Shown here in pieces: positions 1 to 20,037 of a stretch of 64,000 bases of DNA. Numbering within the stretch: the stretch's first letter is position 1; each line of letters begins with the position of its first letter. Source of the DNA: Chrysomallon squamiferum. Taxonomy: Eukaryota; Animalia; Mollusca. The DNA lies in the NCBI GenBank assembly GCA_012295275.1, contig CM022679.1, positions 31,558,001-31,622,000 on the forward strand, given 5' to 3'. The position numbers and the translations under genes were made by a program. The notes under the pieces were generated by a model that saw only the letters and a list, made by a program, of their open reading frames with translations, was not told the origin of the DNA and searched no databases.

Positions 1-879
1 CTGAAACTAAAACATATCTATACACAATATAAAAATAGTATAGCAGTTAGACTCAATATATCGGTAAATGATATTTCTCACTTTTTAAAATATAATTTTG
101 TAAAATGTTTAACGAGATTATACTTATTTCCGAGAAAGTAACAATGCCGTTGACGAGATTTTAACGTATATATGTGCATGTATGTATGTATGTATGTATG
201 TATTTATGTATTTGTGAGATTAACTACGTACTGAGCCTATAGAAAAAACAACTGTCTAACAAAAAAAATGTTTTTTACAAGAAACCAAATATTATATAAA
301 CCAAAGATAAAAGAAATACAGATTTATTCTGAATATTCATTTGATTTTTATGCTCTATACTGAGAAAATATATGATTTGTTCTTTTTTGTGTTTTATTTT
401 TTATTTATTTTTGTAATATATACCATTACCACTATTAAAACATTTGATAAGACTAAAAACGCTTCTAATATTTGAAACATGAATATTAATACTGTCACAA
501 TTTTAATAACAGTAAAAATGTCTTCGTTATTATGGCACCATAAAAATATGAAATTACCAAACATGACTAATTATTAAATAAGTGAATAAACTTTAATGAC
601 TTATGTCCTCAAAAATAAAATAAAGTAAAATTAACAATTTCTCTACATGTTGCAGGTCAGTTGAGGCTCACAACAAATCACAGTCATCATCAGGGCTCAT
701 AATGGTCATAAACCATATCAGCATTTTCCCTACACCTGTCAGATTTATAGTTCTGTACATTTCTATTTCTGACATTTACTGAATAATCCCCTTCCCTTGA
801 CATGCTGAATTTTCTTTCTTTATATCATTTCTACCTGTTTTTATTATTATTATTATTATTAATTTAGAGATCAATGTCA

Positions 880-1295
880 AGAAGTGCACACACATATCTA
901 TATACATATCTATACATACATACATATGACATAGATATATGAGAAACATATATGATTACACCTATACAAACATATATACACACAGACACACATGCATATA
1001 TACACATGTACATTCAAATATATATATGTGTTTATATATATATACAGACAGATGTACATACATAGATACATATACATACATACAAACATATATACATACA
1101 CTTTGTCAAGAAATGCACACTCATACACACACATCTATATACATATCTATACATAAATACATACATGCTTACACCAATACAAACATATATATATACACAC
1201 ATACATATACAAACATGTGCATACATATATGTATATCTATGCACACACATGTACATACATATATACATATACATACATACATACATATATACACT
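880..1295. repeat. Degenerate (TA)/(CA)/(TACA)n low-complexity tract; similar tracts at about 18600-18840, 26810-27040, 29180-29290, 32180-32345
   Basis: Direct inspection; source of the Y/I/H/T-rich ORFs. Confidence 0.9.
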
Positions 1296-2182
1296 TTTAT
1301 GTTCTTTTTTTCTAATAAGCTATAGGTAGTAAGATAGATAACTGTTCATGCATTTACAGTTCAATTATTTTACGTAATCTTCTTAGTAGCTGTTAAAATA
1401 GAGGCAGACAGACAGAGTTTGTATGACAGATGTACAGATTAAAATATGTCAGTTTTCTTTTTAAGCTGTAACAATTTTAATATTTTTGACTGATTTATAC
1501 TTTTCTGTCGTAGTACAGAATAATATAATATTCAAATCTTTGATACAAAATATTTTATTACATTCGTACATGATTTTAAAAAGCTCGTGTTATCGATATC
1601 ATAGATATTCTTCCAGGAAGGTTGTTGAATAACACAACTGTTTTTGATATTTTCGCATAATATATATACATTTTATCATTAAAGTATCCCGACATTAAAG
1701 AAATTTAAAGGACCGAAAGACCGTGTGACAGATATAGAGATTAAAATATGTCAGTTATCTTTCTCAGCTGTCATAATTTGAACATTTACTGCCAGATTTG
1801 TAATTTTTTGTCGTTGTAAAGACTAATATAATATTCAAATGTCTGATACAAAATATGTTATTACATTAGTACATGATTATTTTAAAAGGCTCGTGCATTC
1901 GATATAGTACACTTTCTTCCTGCTAGTTTGTTGAATAACACTACTGTTTTTCGGTAAGATGTTTTCAATTTTATATATATTTTTTTCCATAAATTTCATG
2001 AAAATATTTACAATCATTTAATAAAGAATGTGTTGGATTTGATAAATAATCATCCTATAGTAGATATTTCATATATTATAATAGTTTATTAATCAGCGTA
2101 AAAAAAAAAAAATGTATAGTAATCACTAAAAAATAAATTTATTTCACTAAAAATCTCCATGTTTCAGTTGACCTGGTTTGCA

Positions 2183-4502
2183 ATGTCTGTACTGAAACTG
2201 AAAATGTTTCTCGTCTTGCTAATTTTGGGATCAGTGGTGGCCGTGTCAGCTCATAAATCGGAACCTCGCAGACCACCGTAAGATTCATTTTAGCTGTCTT
2301 CTTATGTGAATCCAAATGTAAATTATTTTATTTTGTAAGATTTATTTCTGTTCTTCTTACTCATTAAATATCTGACGAGGTTGGAAAATTGAAGACGAAG
2401 GATTCCAGATTCAGACTATTTAAATGTATCTTTGTATATCCTATCCTCGCTGTTATTTACAAGTAAATGTTATAGAGAAAGAACTAATTCCATTCATATT
2501 TTGTGTAAAACGCTTTATTATATTATTATATGTATTTCTTTTTTGCACATTTTTCAGAACACCGTCAGTGTAATTTATCATTACATGACATTCACACAAT
2601 ATTTCTGTCCTGTATAAAGAAACATACTGTATCAAGTAAACTAATAGCATACAAATTAAAATTAGGAAAAACAATCTGTGAAATAGTGTTTCCTTCTAAT
2701 CCAATAATAAAAAAGAATTAGAATTATTAAGAGTTGAGAATCAGTTTATGTTTCTCCTTCTTTTTCTGTCTTTCTTTGTTTTCTTCCACAACTACAGCAA
2801 CTTCGACCCACGTAGTTATTTTACTAAATTGTACTCATATCAGTGTTCACTTTTCAAAAACAGAAGTAGGGCTTATCTGTGTGTATCAATTTATCTCCAC
2901 ACAGAAGGGTGTGTGTGAGAGAGAGTGGCAAACAGCAGCAAAAACAACAAAAATAATGATGATGATAATACTAAATTGTACTAATATCAGTGTTCACTTT
3001 TACAGATTCAAAAGGAGTATTCGTAGGTGAGTACAGCCAAACCACCTACACCACAACTGCAACCGCCAACACAAAAAACAACATAATCAACAACAACAAC
3101 AACAACAATAATAATAATAATAATAATTCATGATTCCTATGAATATTATATGTGTTGATGAATAGTATGTGTACAGCGGTGAATGGTAATAGTAAGAAAT
3201 GTGATAATTATTTCATTATTATGTCTGCTGAAAAATTGATTTTTATTTTTATTTATGTGTTCCCTTGAGAGAATGGTATGTGTCAATTATCAGTAGGGAT
3301 CTTAACTGTATTTACAACAGTACCAAACAAATTCTTACATCAAAATTGAAGTAACAAATACACATCTGACCTGTTGTAATTTTATGCATTTTAATATAAA
3401 TATTTTTAAATGAATTTTGAGAAGACTAACCATGAGATGGATCCAAATTTATTTTTAAGTTCCGATACTTATTATTTGGTTGATAATTGTTGTTTCTCTT
3501 CAAAATATTAAACAAACAAACAGCCTGGCAAGTCTCATTGTAAGACAATTTAATTCAGCAGAAATATTATATATTGGGTCTTAGTTTTGTAAAACGTATC
3601 GGAAACCATTAAAACAAGTCTCTTTGATATATTCGTAAGTAAATAGAGAGCACCCCACCTGGAAAAAGAACTGAATGGGGATTTCATGCAGTATGAACAT
3701 AATGGCATTAAAACAGACGACAGTGATAAAAAATAAATTGTTAAAAAGGACCTCATTATATATGACAATGCTGATAATGCTGAATTCATTTTCTAACAAA
3801 TGGACACTCAATCAGTTTATGCTTTTTAAACATTCACACTTCTTTTGCTGTAAATTTATAATGTTTTCAATCCCTGTCTAAGTGATGTCCATTATCCTTA
3901 CTATTGTACTAATTCAGCACTTTTTTCCTTACTTTTATTTTACTATTTCTATCAGGATTACATAAAATAATAATAGTAAAATAAAACGAAAAACGTAGTT
4001 TCCATGATTATTTATCTTTATAAAACAGGTACAGAGCTGGCTTGTAAGTCTCATTCTCTTAAACTGTAAGACAAATTACATCAGCTGAAATATTATACTG
4101 TGTTTTAGTTTTCGTAATACACATAGAAACTATTAAATATAACTGTCACTGAATTGCACTGGTTCGGAATAACATTATATTTTTTAATGTTGACAGGAGG
4201 CAATTTCACCATTTAGAAATACAAGAATTCAGTTTCAGAAGACCGTACAAATGTCAAAGCTTATGATTTAAAAATCTCAAAAAATAAGTGAAACATTTCA
4301 CATTACTGTCTAGCACATTGTAAATTCATACCACAAAGGTGAAGATATAATCACGTTTGTGACAAAATCATACTCACATTAAATTTACTAATTTATCTTT
4401 GAGACAGTATATATATTTTTTTTACTTTAACAAAAGACAATAATGTATATTACAGTTTATCTAATGCTGACTATAACAAAATACATTATAAGAAAAAAAA
4501 TG

Positions 4503-4566
<64 letters not shown>

Positions 4567-4687
4567 TAATAATAGTTAATTTAAATTAGCGTTTTTAAAA
4601 AAATGATATTTAAATTTCTAGAAGCTATACTGAATTTAAATTCAAAGCGTTTTTCTCCAAATCTTAAGAATATCATGTGTACAGTTA

Positions 4688-4734
<47 letters not shown>

Positions 4735-5374
4735 CAACAACAACAACAACAACAATAATAATAATAATGATAATACTCTTACACAGCAGTTCAGATAAAC
4801 TTTGTATTTTAAAGACGATGTCAAAATGAAGAGAAAAGATCGAAACAGTTCGTTATCAATAGCTGTATAGTGGTCATCTCAAGTAAAATAAAACAAACAT
4901 GTCTCCGAAATGAGAAAATATGTAATTTGTATTTTCAGGAGAGGCGCCCTACCTGTTATCTCTGATTTGCTTCACATCAGAAGTTGTAAGTGTAGTAGTT
5001 TTTGTCTAAACTAATACAAGAAAGAAAATGTATATTTTTGTGGATACTTATGTACGTAACTAAGCATATATCACTCAGTGAATGTATGTATGTATGTATG
5101 TATGTATTTATGATTGTATGATTGTATGTATGTATGTAGATGTATGCATAAACGTGTGTATCTATGTATGTAGGTATGTCATACATGTGCATCTACGTTT
5201 GCATAGATAGATAGGGACTGAAGAATGAATGGATATTGATAAAAATAATGTCTGATTTAAATTTCTAAATTCTTTAATTATTGCCGGCAGAGAGCTGATA
5301 TTATGTATTTATTTACTGTTTTTCTCGTTTCAGTGTCAGGAAACGAGCGAGAAAGCAAGATGAGCTCACGATAA
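2183..5374 (+). CDS. Family A secreted peptide precursor, copy A1; exons 2183-2277, 3006-3026, 4939-4985, 5334-5374; 67 aa MSVLKLKMFLVLLILGSVVAVSAHKSEPRRPPFKRSIRRRGALPVISDLLHIRSLSGNERESKMSSR
   Basis: Canonical donors (GTAAGA, GTGAGT, GTAAGT) and acceptors (TTTTACAG, TTTTCAG, GTTTCAG). Phases 2/2/1 join into one open frame. Hydrophobic N-terminus, KR and RRR sites, AATAAA at 5373. Same structure in paralogs. Confidence 0.8.
2858..2878 (+). other. Degenerate or alternative micro-exon, paralog of the 21-nt exon at 3006-3026 (would encode NRSRAYL; 15-nt SRAYL from CAG at 2861-2863)
   Basis: Shares the upstream intron sequence ACTAAATTGTACT.ATATCAGTGTTCACTTTT with the 3006 exon. Acceptor is CAA here but CAG in copy A4 (34191-34193). 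Donor is GTGTGT here but TTGTGT in A4. Confidence 0.45.
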
Positions 5375-5481
5375 TAAAATATTGTGTGATGAAAACACTT
5401 AAGTGTCTATTATGAATCTGTTTAACCTATTTCTATCATTCTATTTAGATAAAATGTCATAAAATCATTAACGATTTAACT

Positions 5482-5602
<121 letters not shown>

Positions 5603-6679
5603 CATGCATTTTCTGTAAGCATTATCAGTATTTTATTTTTATAAATGTGAAATAATATATATTTAAAAGACCAAATTTTCACTGAATAACTTTGACTCAT
5701 CTTATTTATAGTGGACTTAAATGTTCTTCTGTTCTTTTTTCGAAATTGAATGTCCTCCAAATCAAGAAAAGTGATAACAATTAATTTTATACTTACTTTT
5801 TCTTTCCCGAATCAAACTGGTCTGCACTTTGTAATTACAAACACAATGTCTATACATTGGAATGCAATGAAACATCACATTTGTTAAACAGATTCCTAGC
5901 GGTGCATCAATACTGTCTAAAACTAAAGCATATCTATATAATATAACAATAGTGCAGCAGTTCGATGAATACATCGGTGAATGATACTTCTCACTTTTTA
6001 AAATATAATTTGTAAAATATTTAACGAGATTATTCTTATTTCCGAGAAAGTAACAATGCCGTTGACGAGACATGAACGTATGACACCCACATATGTATGT
6101 GTATGTGGATGTATATATGTATGTGTGTATATATGTATATATGTATGTATGTATATGTGAGATTAACTGCATACTGAGCCAATAAAAATAACAACTGTCG
6201 AACAAAAAATATTTTCTTTTATAATTGGGAATAAGATGCATCATATTTATACTAAAACAAATTACATACAACATAGCTACTTTCTTCGTATTAATTACAG
6301 TATTCGAGTAAATGTCACAAATAGTGTTTACATAGCACTGAAACTGACAATTATTCTTAAAATGAGTCATCAACACTTTAAAAAAAAATCACTGAATTAA
6401 TAATAATCATCAAAAATAAGAACTCACTAAAACTGATGTTCAATGACGTTACAGAACTGGTTTCTGTAACATATATAAAGTGATAAGTAGATATGTCCTT
6501 AAAATCATGTCCTTCGATTGTACTATTGTTACTGTAATTACTAGCATGAATGTGAATGCATATTCTTACTTCACATAAGGCAATATTGAATTAAACACTG
6601 TTTCCTCTGTTACATTAAAAACATTCCAATTTTGAAAAGAATATGTTCTCTTTCTTAGAAACAGTTTCCAGTTAAAAAT

Positions 6680-7630
6680 ATTTTGTCGAATAGAAACATT
6701 AAAGAGGTACAATTTATACTTTACCTCAGTTTGACAATGTCTGCAATATAGACACATTGTCTCTAGACCAACATTGTGTGAAGTTTAATTGATATGATTG
6801 TGACTCGAATACTGGCACCATCCGTCAGTTTATGTTCAGTTAGATACATCTGATCTAAGATAAGTTAACGTTAACTTACTGGACATATTCCAATTTTATT
6901 ACACCATGAAAAAATGGAGAGATTATAAATTATTGTCGTATTATAAACAATAATACACTTTAATTTAACAGCTATTTGTGGATATTATTGTTGTTATTGC
7001 GCTTGTTGTTTTTAATTACTGTTATTATCATGATCGCCATTATCATTATTATAATCATTTATTCATTTATTTGTTTATTTATTTTAAATAGTATAACATT
7101 TGGTGTTACCATATTTGATGGACCATAATCTACATTACTATTGTTAAAATGGTGTTTAGTCTATTAGTGATCAAGGCTATGTTAAGAAAGAAAACAGACA
7201 CACATATACACACAAAAACTCAGAGATCAACAACAGAAGCGTGATATTAAGAAGTAAAAAAAATTACACCTTAAAAAATAAAAAGTTGTTATTGATATAT
7301 GTACTTTGCAGTTCGTAATAGGTGTTTCAAAAAAAGAGACAAAAGCTGATCTAATAGTACTGACTTATTGGTGACGTCATTTATGTTAGGGATAAAAAGA
7401 TTGATACTCACAGGTAGTAGGGTAATCTGTACAAAGAAGATAAACACTCAGGTGAATAATTTCAAAAATATCTGTGTTTCTATGTGTGTTTGTATTTGTG
7501 AGTGGCTGTGTGTCCACGTGGGAGAAAAAACGTATATATTTGTGAGGAAAGAAGTGTTGGTTATTTCTGGATTGTATGTAAAGGGCATAAAAATCTAGAG
7601 ATACAGAGAGTCATACACACAGAGAGGGAG

Positions 7631-7707
<77 letters not shown>

Positions 7708-8285
7708 TTAACAGTTGCCTATAACTAAAATATTTGGAAATTTTAATATAGTCATTCTCCTGGACATCTAGCTCAGTCCCTGTGTCAGACATATATTTAT
7801 CTTTGTTTCTTCATATTAAAGTGGACTTGAAATATAGTTCACTTACTCCTCAGATCTTATTGATCACCCAAACCGGCTCAGAATAGAAAATAAATTTATT
7901 TTACTGAGTGGAACTTTTCGCTGAATAGAAACTTTAACTAGCTACATGTTACCTCAGCCTGACATTGTCTGTAATAGCTCAGACATAAAGTGTCTGTAGT
8001 CGATCGTTCAGGGATATTTACTTTATGTGATTATGCCTCGTATAGTGGCACTATCCGTCATTTTAAGTTGAGCTACATATATCTTATGTAGGATAAATTA
8101 ATGTGAACTTAATGGACGAATTCTATATGTTTATTATTACATTATGAAGACATCAAAGATATAATAAATGATTCTGTTATTATAAACAATAACAAAATTT
8201 AATTTCACAGCCTTTATGGATGTTGTTATTACTGTTATTGATATTGTTGTTATTATTACAATATTATAATCATGGTTATTATTAA

Positions 8286-8366
<81 letters not shown>

Positions 8367-10179
8367 TTCACATATTTATTTATTTTATATGACATAATTT
8401 TTCCTGTTGCCATATTTGATGAACTGTGATCTACACGATTATTGTTAAAATGGTATTTAATCTAATATTCATCAACATTCAGTTAAGAAAGAGAACGCAC
8501 ACACATATACACATATACCCCTAAACAAACACTCCACTGGATTCGGCCTGAGATACCTCTGAATTATTACTCAGTGTGTACGAATGTAATGCGGAAACTT
8601 TATTTATTTAATAATAATTTAATTATTTGTGAGAACATTTAAAACGTTTCCGGAGATAAAGAAAAGAATAGTGATATTAAAAAATTCACAAAATATCATG
8701 TTGTCCTTTTTTCTCTTTAGAAAAAGAAAAAAAAAAAAACCATTCAAATTACTACTGAGATATATATATTGTACTTCTTAATAGGTGTTCCAAAACAAAG
8801 ACACAAAGTGACATAATAGTGCTCTGTAACTGGTGATGTCATTTATATTAGATTTTAATAGAATGATACTCACTCATCCTCGTCAATATGGCGGGACCTG
8901 TTAAAAAAGAAAAAAGAATCAGGCGAATAATTTAGCAGTTCAAAAATTTGAATTCATATTTTTCCAGTTACTTCACTAGTCAATGTACTAGAAAAAAGTA
9001 AAATAAAAGTGAAAACAATGTAGTAAATATATATATATAAAGATTTGCCTATTACAAAAATGTTTTGAACTTTTAATCATAGATTATTGTTTATCATTAC
9101 AGTCATTCTTTTGCATACCCATGTTTCCCACTGTGTCAAATATATTTATCATAGATTCTTCCTATTAATGTGGACTTAAAATACACTTGACTTACTTGCG
9201 ACTTGGAGTGGATCGCCCCCACCCGCTGAAAATAAAAAATAAAAATATTTCATCGAATAGAAACATTAACCAGGTACAATTTACACTTTACATCCGTTTG
9301 ACAATATCTGCAATATACACACATTGTCTCTAGACCAACATTGTGTGATGTTTAATTTATATGATTATGACTCGAATACTGGCATCATCAGTCAGTTTAT
9401 TTTCAGTTGGATCCATCTTATCCAGAATAAATTAACATTAACTCACTGGACATATTCCAATTTTATTCTAAAAAATAGAGAGATTATAAATTATTCTCGT
9501 ATTATAAACAGTAATACACTTTAATTTAACAGCTATTTGTGGATATTATTGTTGTTATTGCGCTTGTTGTTTTTAATTACTGTTATTATCATGATCGCCA
9601 TTATCATTATTATAATCATTTATTAATTTATTTGTTTATTTATTTTAAATAGTATAACATTTGCTGTTACTATGTTTGATGGACCCTAATCTACATTATT
9701 ATTGTTAAAATGGTATTTAGTCTATTATTTATCAAGGCTCTGTTAAGAAAGAAAACAGACACACATAATCACACAAAAAACACAGAGATGAACAACAGAA
9801 GAGTGATATTAACAAGTAAAAAAAATAACACGTTAAAAAATAAAAGTTGTTATTGATATATGTACTGTGCAGTTCGTAATAGGTGTGGGAAGAAAAGAGA
9901 CAAAAGCTGATCTAATAGTTCTGATTTATTGGTGACGTGATTTATGTTAGGGATTAAAAGATTGATACTCGCAGGAATGGGCTGCTGTACAAAGAAGATA
10001 AACACTCAGGTGAATAATTCCAAAAATATCTGTGTTTCAATAGGTGTGTGTATTTGTGAGTGTCTGTGAAAAAATTGTATATATTTGTGAGGAGAGAAGT
10101 GTTGGTTATTTCTGGATTTTATGTAAAGGGCATAAAAAGCTATAGATACAGAGAGTCATCCACACAGAGAAGGAGAAGC

Positions 10180-10250
<71 letters not shown>
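6680..10250. repeat. Three tandem diverged copies of a ~1.0-1.4 kb unit (about 6680-7705, 7770-8940, 9120-10250) carrying the gene C module
   Basis: Shared blocks such as GAATAGAAAC at about 6688, 7923 and 9255, and TGGTGA(C/T)GT at about 7368, 8831 and 9930. The first and third copies are closely similar. Confidence 0.85.
6725..9984 (-). CDS. Gene C: partial micro-exon peptide precursor, possibly a pseudogene; exons 9984-9973, 9690-9671, 9307-9292, 9225-9196, 8897-8874, 8430-8411, 7968-7953, 7876-7847, 7426-7412, 7129-7110, 6740-6725; reads xSPFLLGSIKHNIVKRIGWGRSTPSRKSRHIDEDESQFIKYDNVRLSRFG*SIRSEELPYYLLWSIKYDIVKL
   Basis: Three repeats of a four-exon module with splice sites at homologous positions. 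Lengths are 12/24/15, 20, 16 and 30 nt, so each module keeps frame. One reading frame runs through with a single stop. Caveats: two GC donors, one GAG acceptor, no start exon found. Confidence 0.55.
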
Positions 10251-10254
<4 letters not shown>

Positions 10255-11869
10255 GTAATTCTTATGGATATGCGTATTAAAAGAAAGACAAAGGGTATAA
10301 ACGTTAGTAAAAATAGCTTTTTTTATTTGATATGATATTATACCTTCAAAATGACAGCCTAGAGTGAAACTATCTTGCTTTGTTTTTTAATACCGAATGT
10401 ATGCAAAAACAAAATGTCAAATATATTGCATTACTAACCTAATTAATGTTCATTCTAATGCGGAACCTTCCGTTTATTACTAACATAAATTCTTAATATA
10501 TTTAATGATTCCAGTACTCGATTATCGATAATGTTGCATTGTATTATATATATTTTTTTCTGTAACGTTATCAATAAATTTCTAATGACTAGTTTGGGTC
10601 CCTAAAAGTATGACTATTAATATGAACACTTTGAGGGATATTATCAAGGATGGTCTCTGAATTTGTATTGCTAAATGATGAACTAACGACAGCTAGAAAA
10701 TCATCAAAAACTTTGTAACTCCGAGTTTAAATAATTCATTTGGCAGAAAACAGTATTCAGTTTTACGATTGATCTTACATAGTTTCATTTTACATCTTCA
10801 TAGTTTTCTTAACATGAATATATTCCTTTAATTAGAATTACATTATATTTGTTTTATTCTTACGAACAATTTTAAGTAAAAAACTCTCATAGTGACGTAG
10901 AGTAAGTCAGACGCAAATGAAATAGCAAAAAAGTGACTAGTGATACAAAACAATTAATAATAATAATAACAAATATAGGAAAGTAGTAGTAGTAATAATA
11001 ATAATATTAAAAAATACTATTAAAATTACATATATAATTAAAGCCATATATTTAGATGAAAGGTTTTATTTCTTATAATTCCATATACGTATTTGTATTG
11101 GAATAGATTAAGATTATTACAAATATATTTAATTACACCTAAAATCCAGAGCACTAAAGAAAGTATTTTATTTTGCACTCATTCACCCGTCTCACATTCA
11201 ACACGGAAAGTTTCCAGTCCTTTATTGTAAAAACAAATGTTACGAAATTAATAAAAACAAAACCTCGTCAAATCTGTTTTGATTTCCTAAAAGAATAAAT
11301 TGAATAAAAACATTTTACTCTTCCCTCTTTAATCGGTATGATTGAAAATTATTATTGATTTCGACAAATATGAAATGTTTTTAATGACAACGTTCTAGTT
11401 TCGATCTGAGTACACTGAAATTTCTTTAAGCCCACCAACTTCATCTCATCTGACTTTTATTTGCACCCACACCGACTTCACAGGTTGCCAACTTTCTTGT
11501 AATTCTGAAACATGGTAAGACGGTCAAGTTCGATGCAGTGGGGGTTTGTGGGTTAAAATGATAATGTTACAAATTTACACTACAGAGTTATAATTCTAAA
11601 GTGGTCTATTAAATACGAACTGACTTTATCAATGCCAAAACCATCGCTTTGAACACCACATGTTCGCACACATACACACACCCGCACGCACACACGTTAT
11701 AGACAGTTTGCAATTAGAATGATTTCATCTTGTTTTACTATTTTCAAAATTTACAACAAGAACAAAAAATAAAATAAAGAAAAGAAACCAGATATTATCA
11801 TGATGTTGGTGATGATAATGACAATAATAATAACAACATCCACAATGAGTAATAACTTATTCTGTTTCA

Positions 11870-14650
<2,781 letters not shown>

Positions 14651-14710
14651 ACTGTTCTCTAAATAATTATTACATGAGTTGTACACTAAATGCTTAAACG
14701 TGTCTCGAAA

Positions 14711-18017
<3,307 letters not shown>

Positions 18018-18692
18018 TCTGCAGTTAAACTACACTGAATTTTGCTATTTGAAATCAGTGAAGCTACAGGAAGCAAAAGAAAGACATAGTAACAAACACA
18101 CAGGTCAGACTGAGAAAATGACTGACACGATAGGAAATAGACTCTGTGAGATTATAGATGTTAGAAAGAACGATAGATAAATAAATAAATAGACAGATAG
18201 ATAGAGAGATAGAAAGACAGATAAATATTTAGATAGATAGGAAGATAGATCGATACATAGACTGATGTATTAGACAGACAGACGTTGAGAACAGGGTACT
18301 GACAAATGGATCGATAGATGGATCGATAGAGACACACACATTCAGAGAGTGAGAGTCAGACATGGAGATTAAAATAAACCAAAATTCTGTGATAATGAAA
18401 TAAAGATTTATTCTGAATATTCATGCTCTAGAGTGAGAAAATGTACAAGATGTTTGCTTTTTTGTGTTTTTTTTCTTTCTTCTTTGTCTTTTTCTTTTTT
18501 AAATTATTATCACTGCTTCCGAAAACAGCTACTGTTATTTAATTGAATCTTTATTATTAATATTATCATCATCATCAATTGCAAACGTCACAAAAGTCAA
18601 GAAGTGCACACACATACACACACATCTATATACATATCCAGACATACATATATACATATATACATATCTGTTATATACATGCTTACATCTGT

Positions 18693-18732
<40 letters not shown>

Positions 18733-20010
18733 CACAGATACACATACTGATATTCACATGTACATACATACATACATATATCTATATACACATGTACATA
18801 CATAGATAATATACACACATGCATATGTACATACATACACTTTTAAGTTCTTTTTTCTAATAAGCTATAGGTAGTAAGAGTGTGACAGATAGAGAGATAA
18901 TTGTTCATGCATTTACAGTTCAATTATTTTACGTAATCTTCTTAGTAGCTGTTAAAATAGAGACAGACAGAGTGTATGACAGATGTACAGATTAAAATAT
19001 GTCAGTTTTCTTTTTAAGCTGTAACAATTTTAATATTTTTGACTGATTTATACTTTTCTGTCGTAGCACAGAATAATATAATATTCAAATTGTTTATACA
19101 AAATATTTTATTACATTCGAACATGATTATTTTTAAAACCTCGTGTTATCAATATCGTAGATAGTCTTCAAGTAAGACTGTTGAATAAAGCAACTGTTTT
19201 TGATAAGATATTTTCACATCATTTATATACATTTTATCATTAAAGTATCCCGACATTAAAGAAATTTAAAGAACAGATGTAGAGATTAAAATATGTCAGT
19301 TATCTTACTGCAAGATTTATAATTTTTTGTCATATCAAAGACTAATATAATATTCAAATGTCTGTTACAAAATATGTTATTACATTAGTACTTGATTATT
19401 TTAAAACGCTCGTGCATTCGATATAGTACACTTTCTTCTTGCAAGTTTGTTGAATAACACTACTGTTTTCGGTAAGATGTTTTTCACGTTATAACTATTT
19501 TTTAATATTAATATTTATCTTGAAACAAGTATTAGATTTAAACACAATAAACATTTCATAATATTAGGTTATTACATACGTACAAACCTCATGAGAGAAC
19601 TGCGTTCATAATCATGATAGAGAGTGACACGGACATTTTCGTTTTTGAAATTTTCAAAGTCAGTGTGAAATAAAGACAGAGATTGAACTTGAATAGTTAT
19701 TTTCCATTAATTCATCAAGCTAAAATTTATATATTTTTGCAATTAAAATGCTATACATTTGCCGACATCGATAATAAATTTCATTAATACTGCCTGAATT
19801 TAAAGGAAAGAATTTTTACCACTAGAAGCTTATTACTAAAATATGCCGAATGTGATAGTAAATTTCATAAAACAGTTTTGGCAATCATTTAATAGGAAAA
19901 CACGTTGGATTTGATAAATAATCATCCTATAGTCGATATTATAAAGGACATTAAGCTAAACGTATTTTAACAACAAAAAAATCTACATATTACAGTTGAT
20001 CTTGCTCGCA

Positions 20011-20037
20011 ATGTCTGTATTGAAACTGCAAATCTGT
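20011..20037 (+). pseudogene. Family A signal-exon stub (MSVLKLQIC) cut by an inversion junction
   Basis: Upstream region and first 9 codons match other copies. The sequence then switches to the reverse complement of the family A 3' flank. Confidence 0.8.

Noticed and set aside
910-1325. ORFs rich in Y/I/H/T or C/M/V/Y (also near 18535-18836, 26808-27129, 29063-29313, 32109-32381)
   Set aside because: Translations of (TA)/(CA)/(TACA) microsatellites.
2432-3881. Short ORFs recurring in several copies (RTEILCECHVMINY; MGISCSMNI...)
   Set aside because: They recur only because the family A intron is recently duplicated; no splice signals or protein features.
5762-6376. Longest ORF, 204 aa on the minus strand
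   Set aside because: Broken by indels in the paralogous spacers near 17090-17700 and 30690-31290; includes microsatellite; no recognisable motif.
9447-9467. 21-nt minus-strand exon candidate with good splice sites
   Set aside because: Gives a stop in the gene C frame, and its splice sites are not conserved in the other two modules; kept only as a caveat.
11420-11520. Possible first exon ending ATG|GTAAGA
   Set aside because: No downstream exon could be linked to it.
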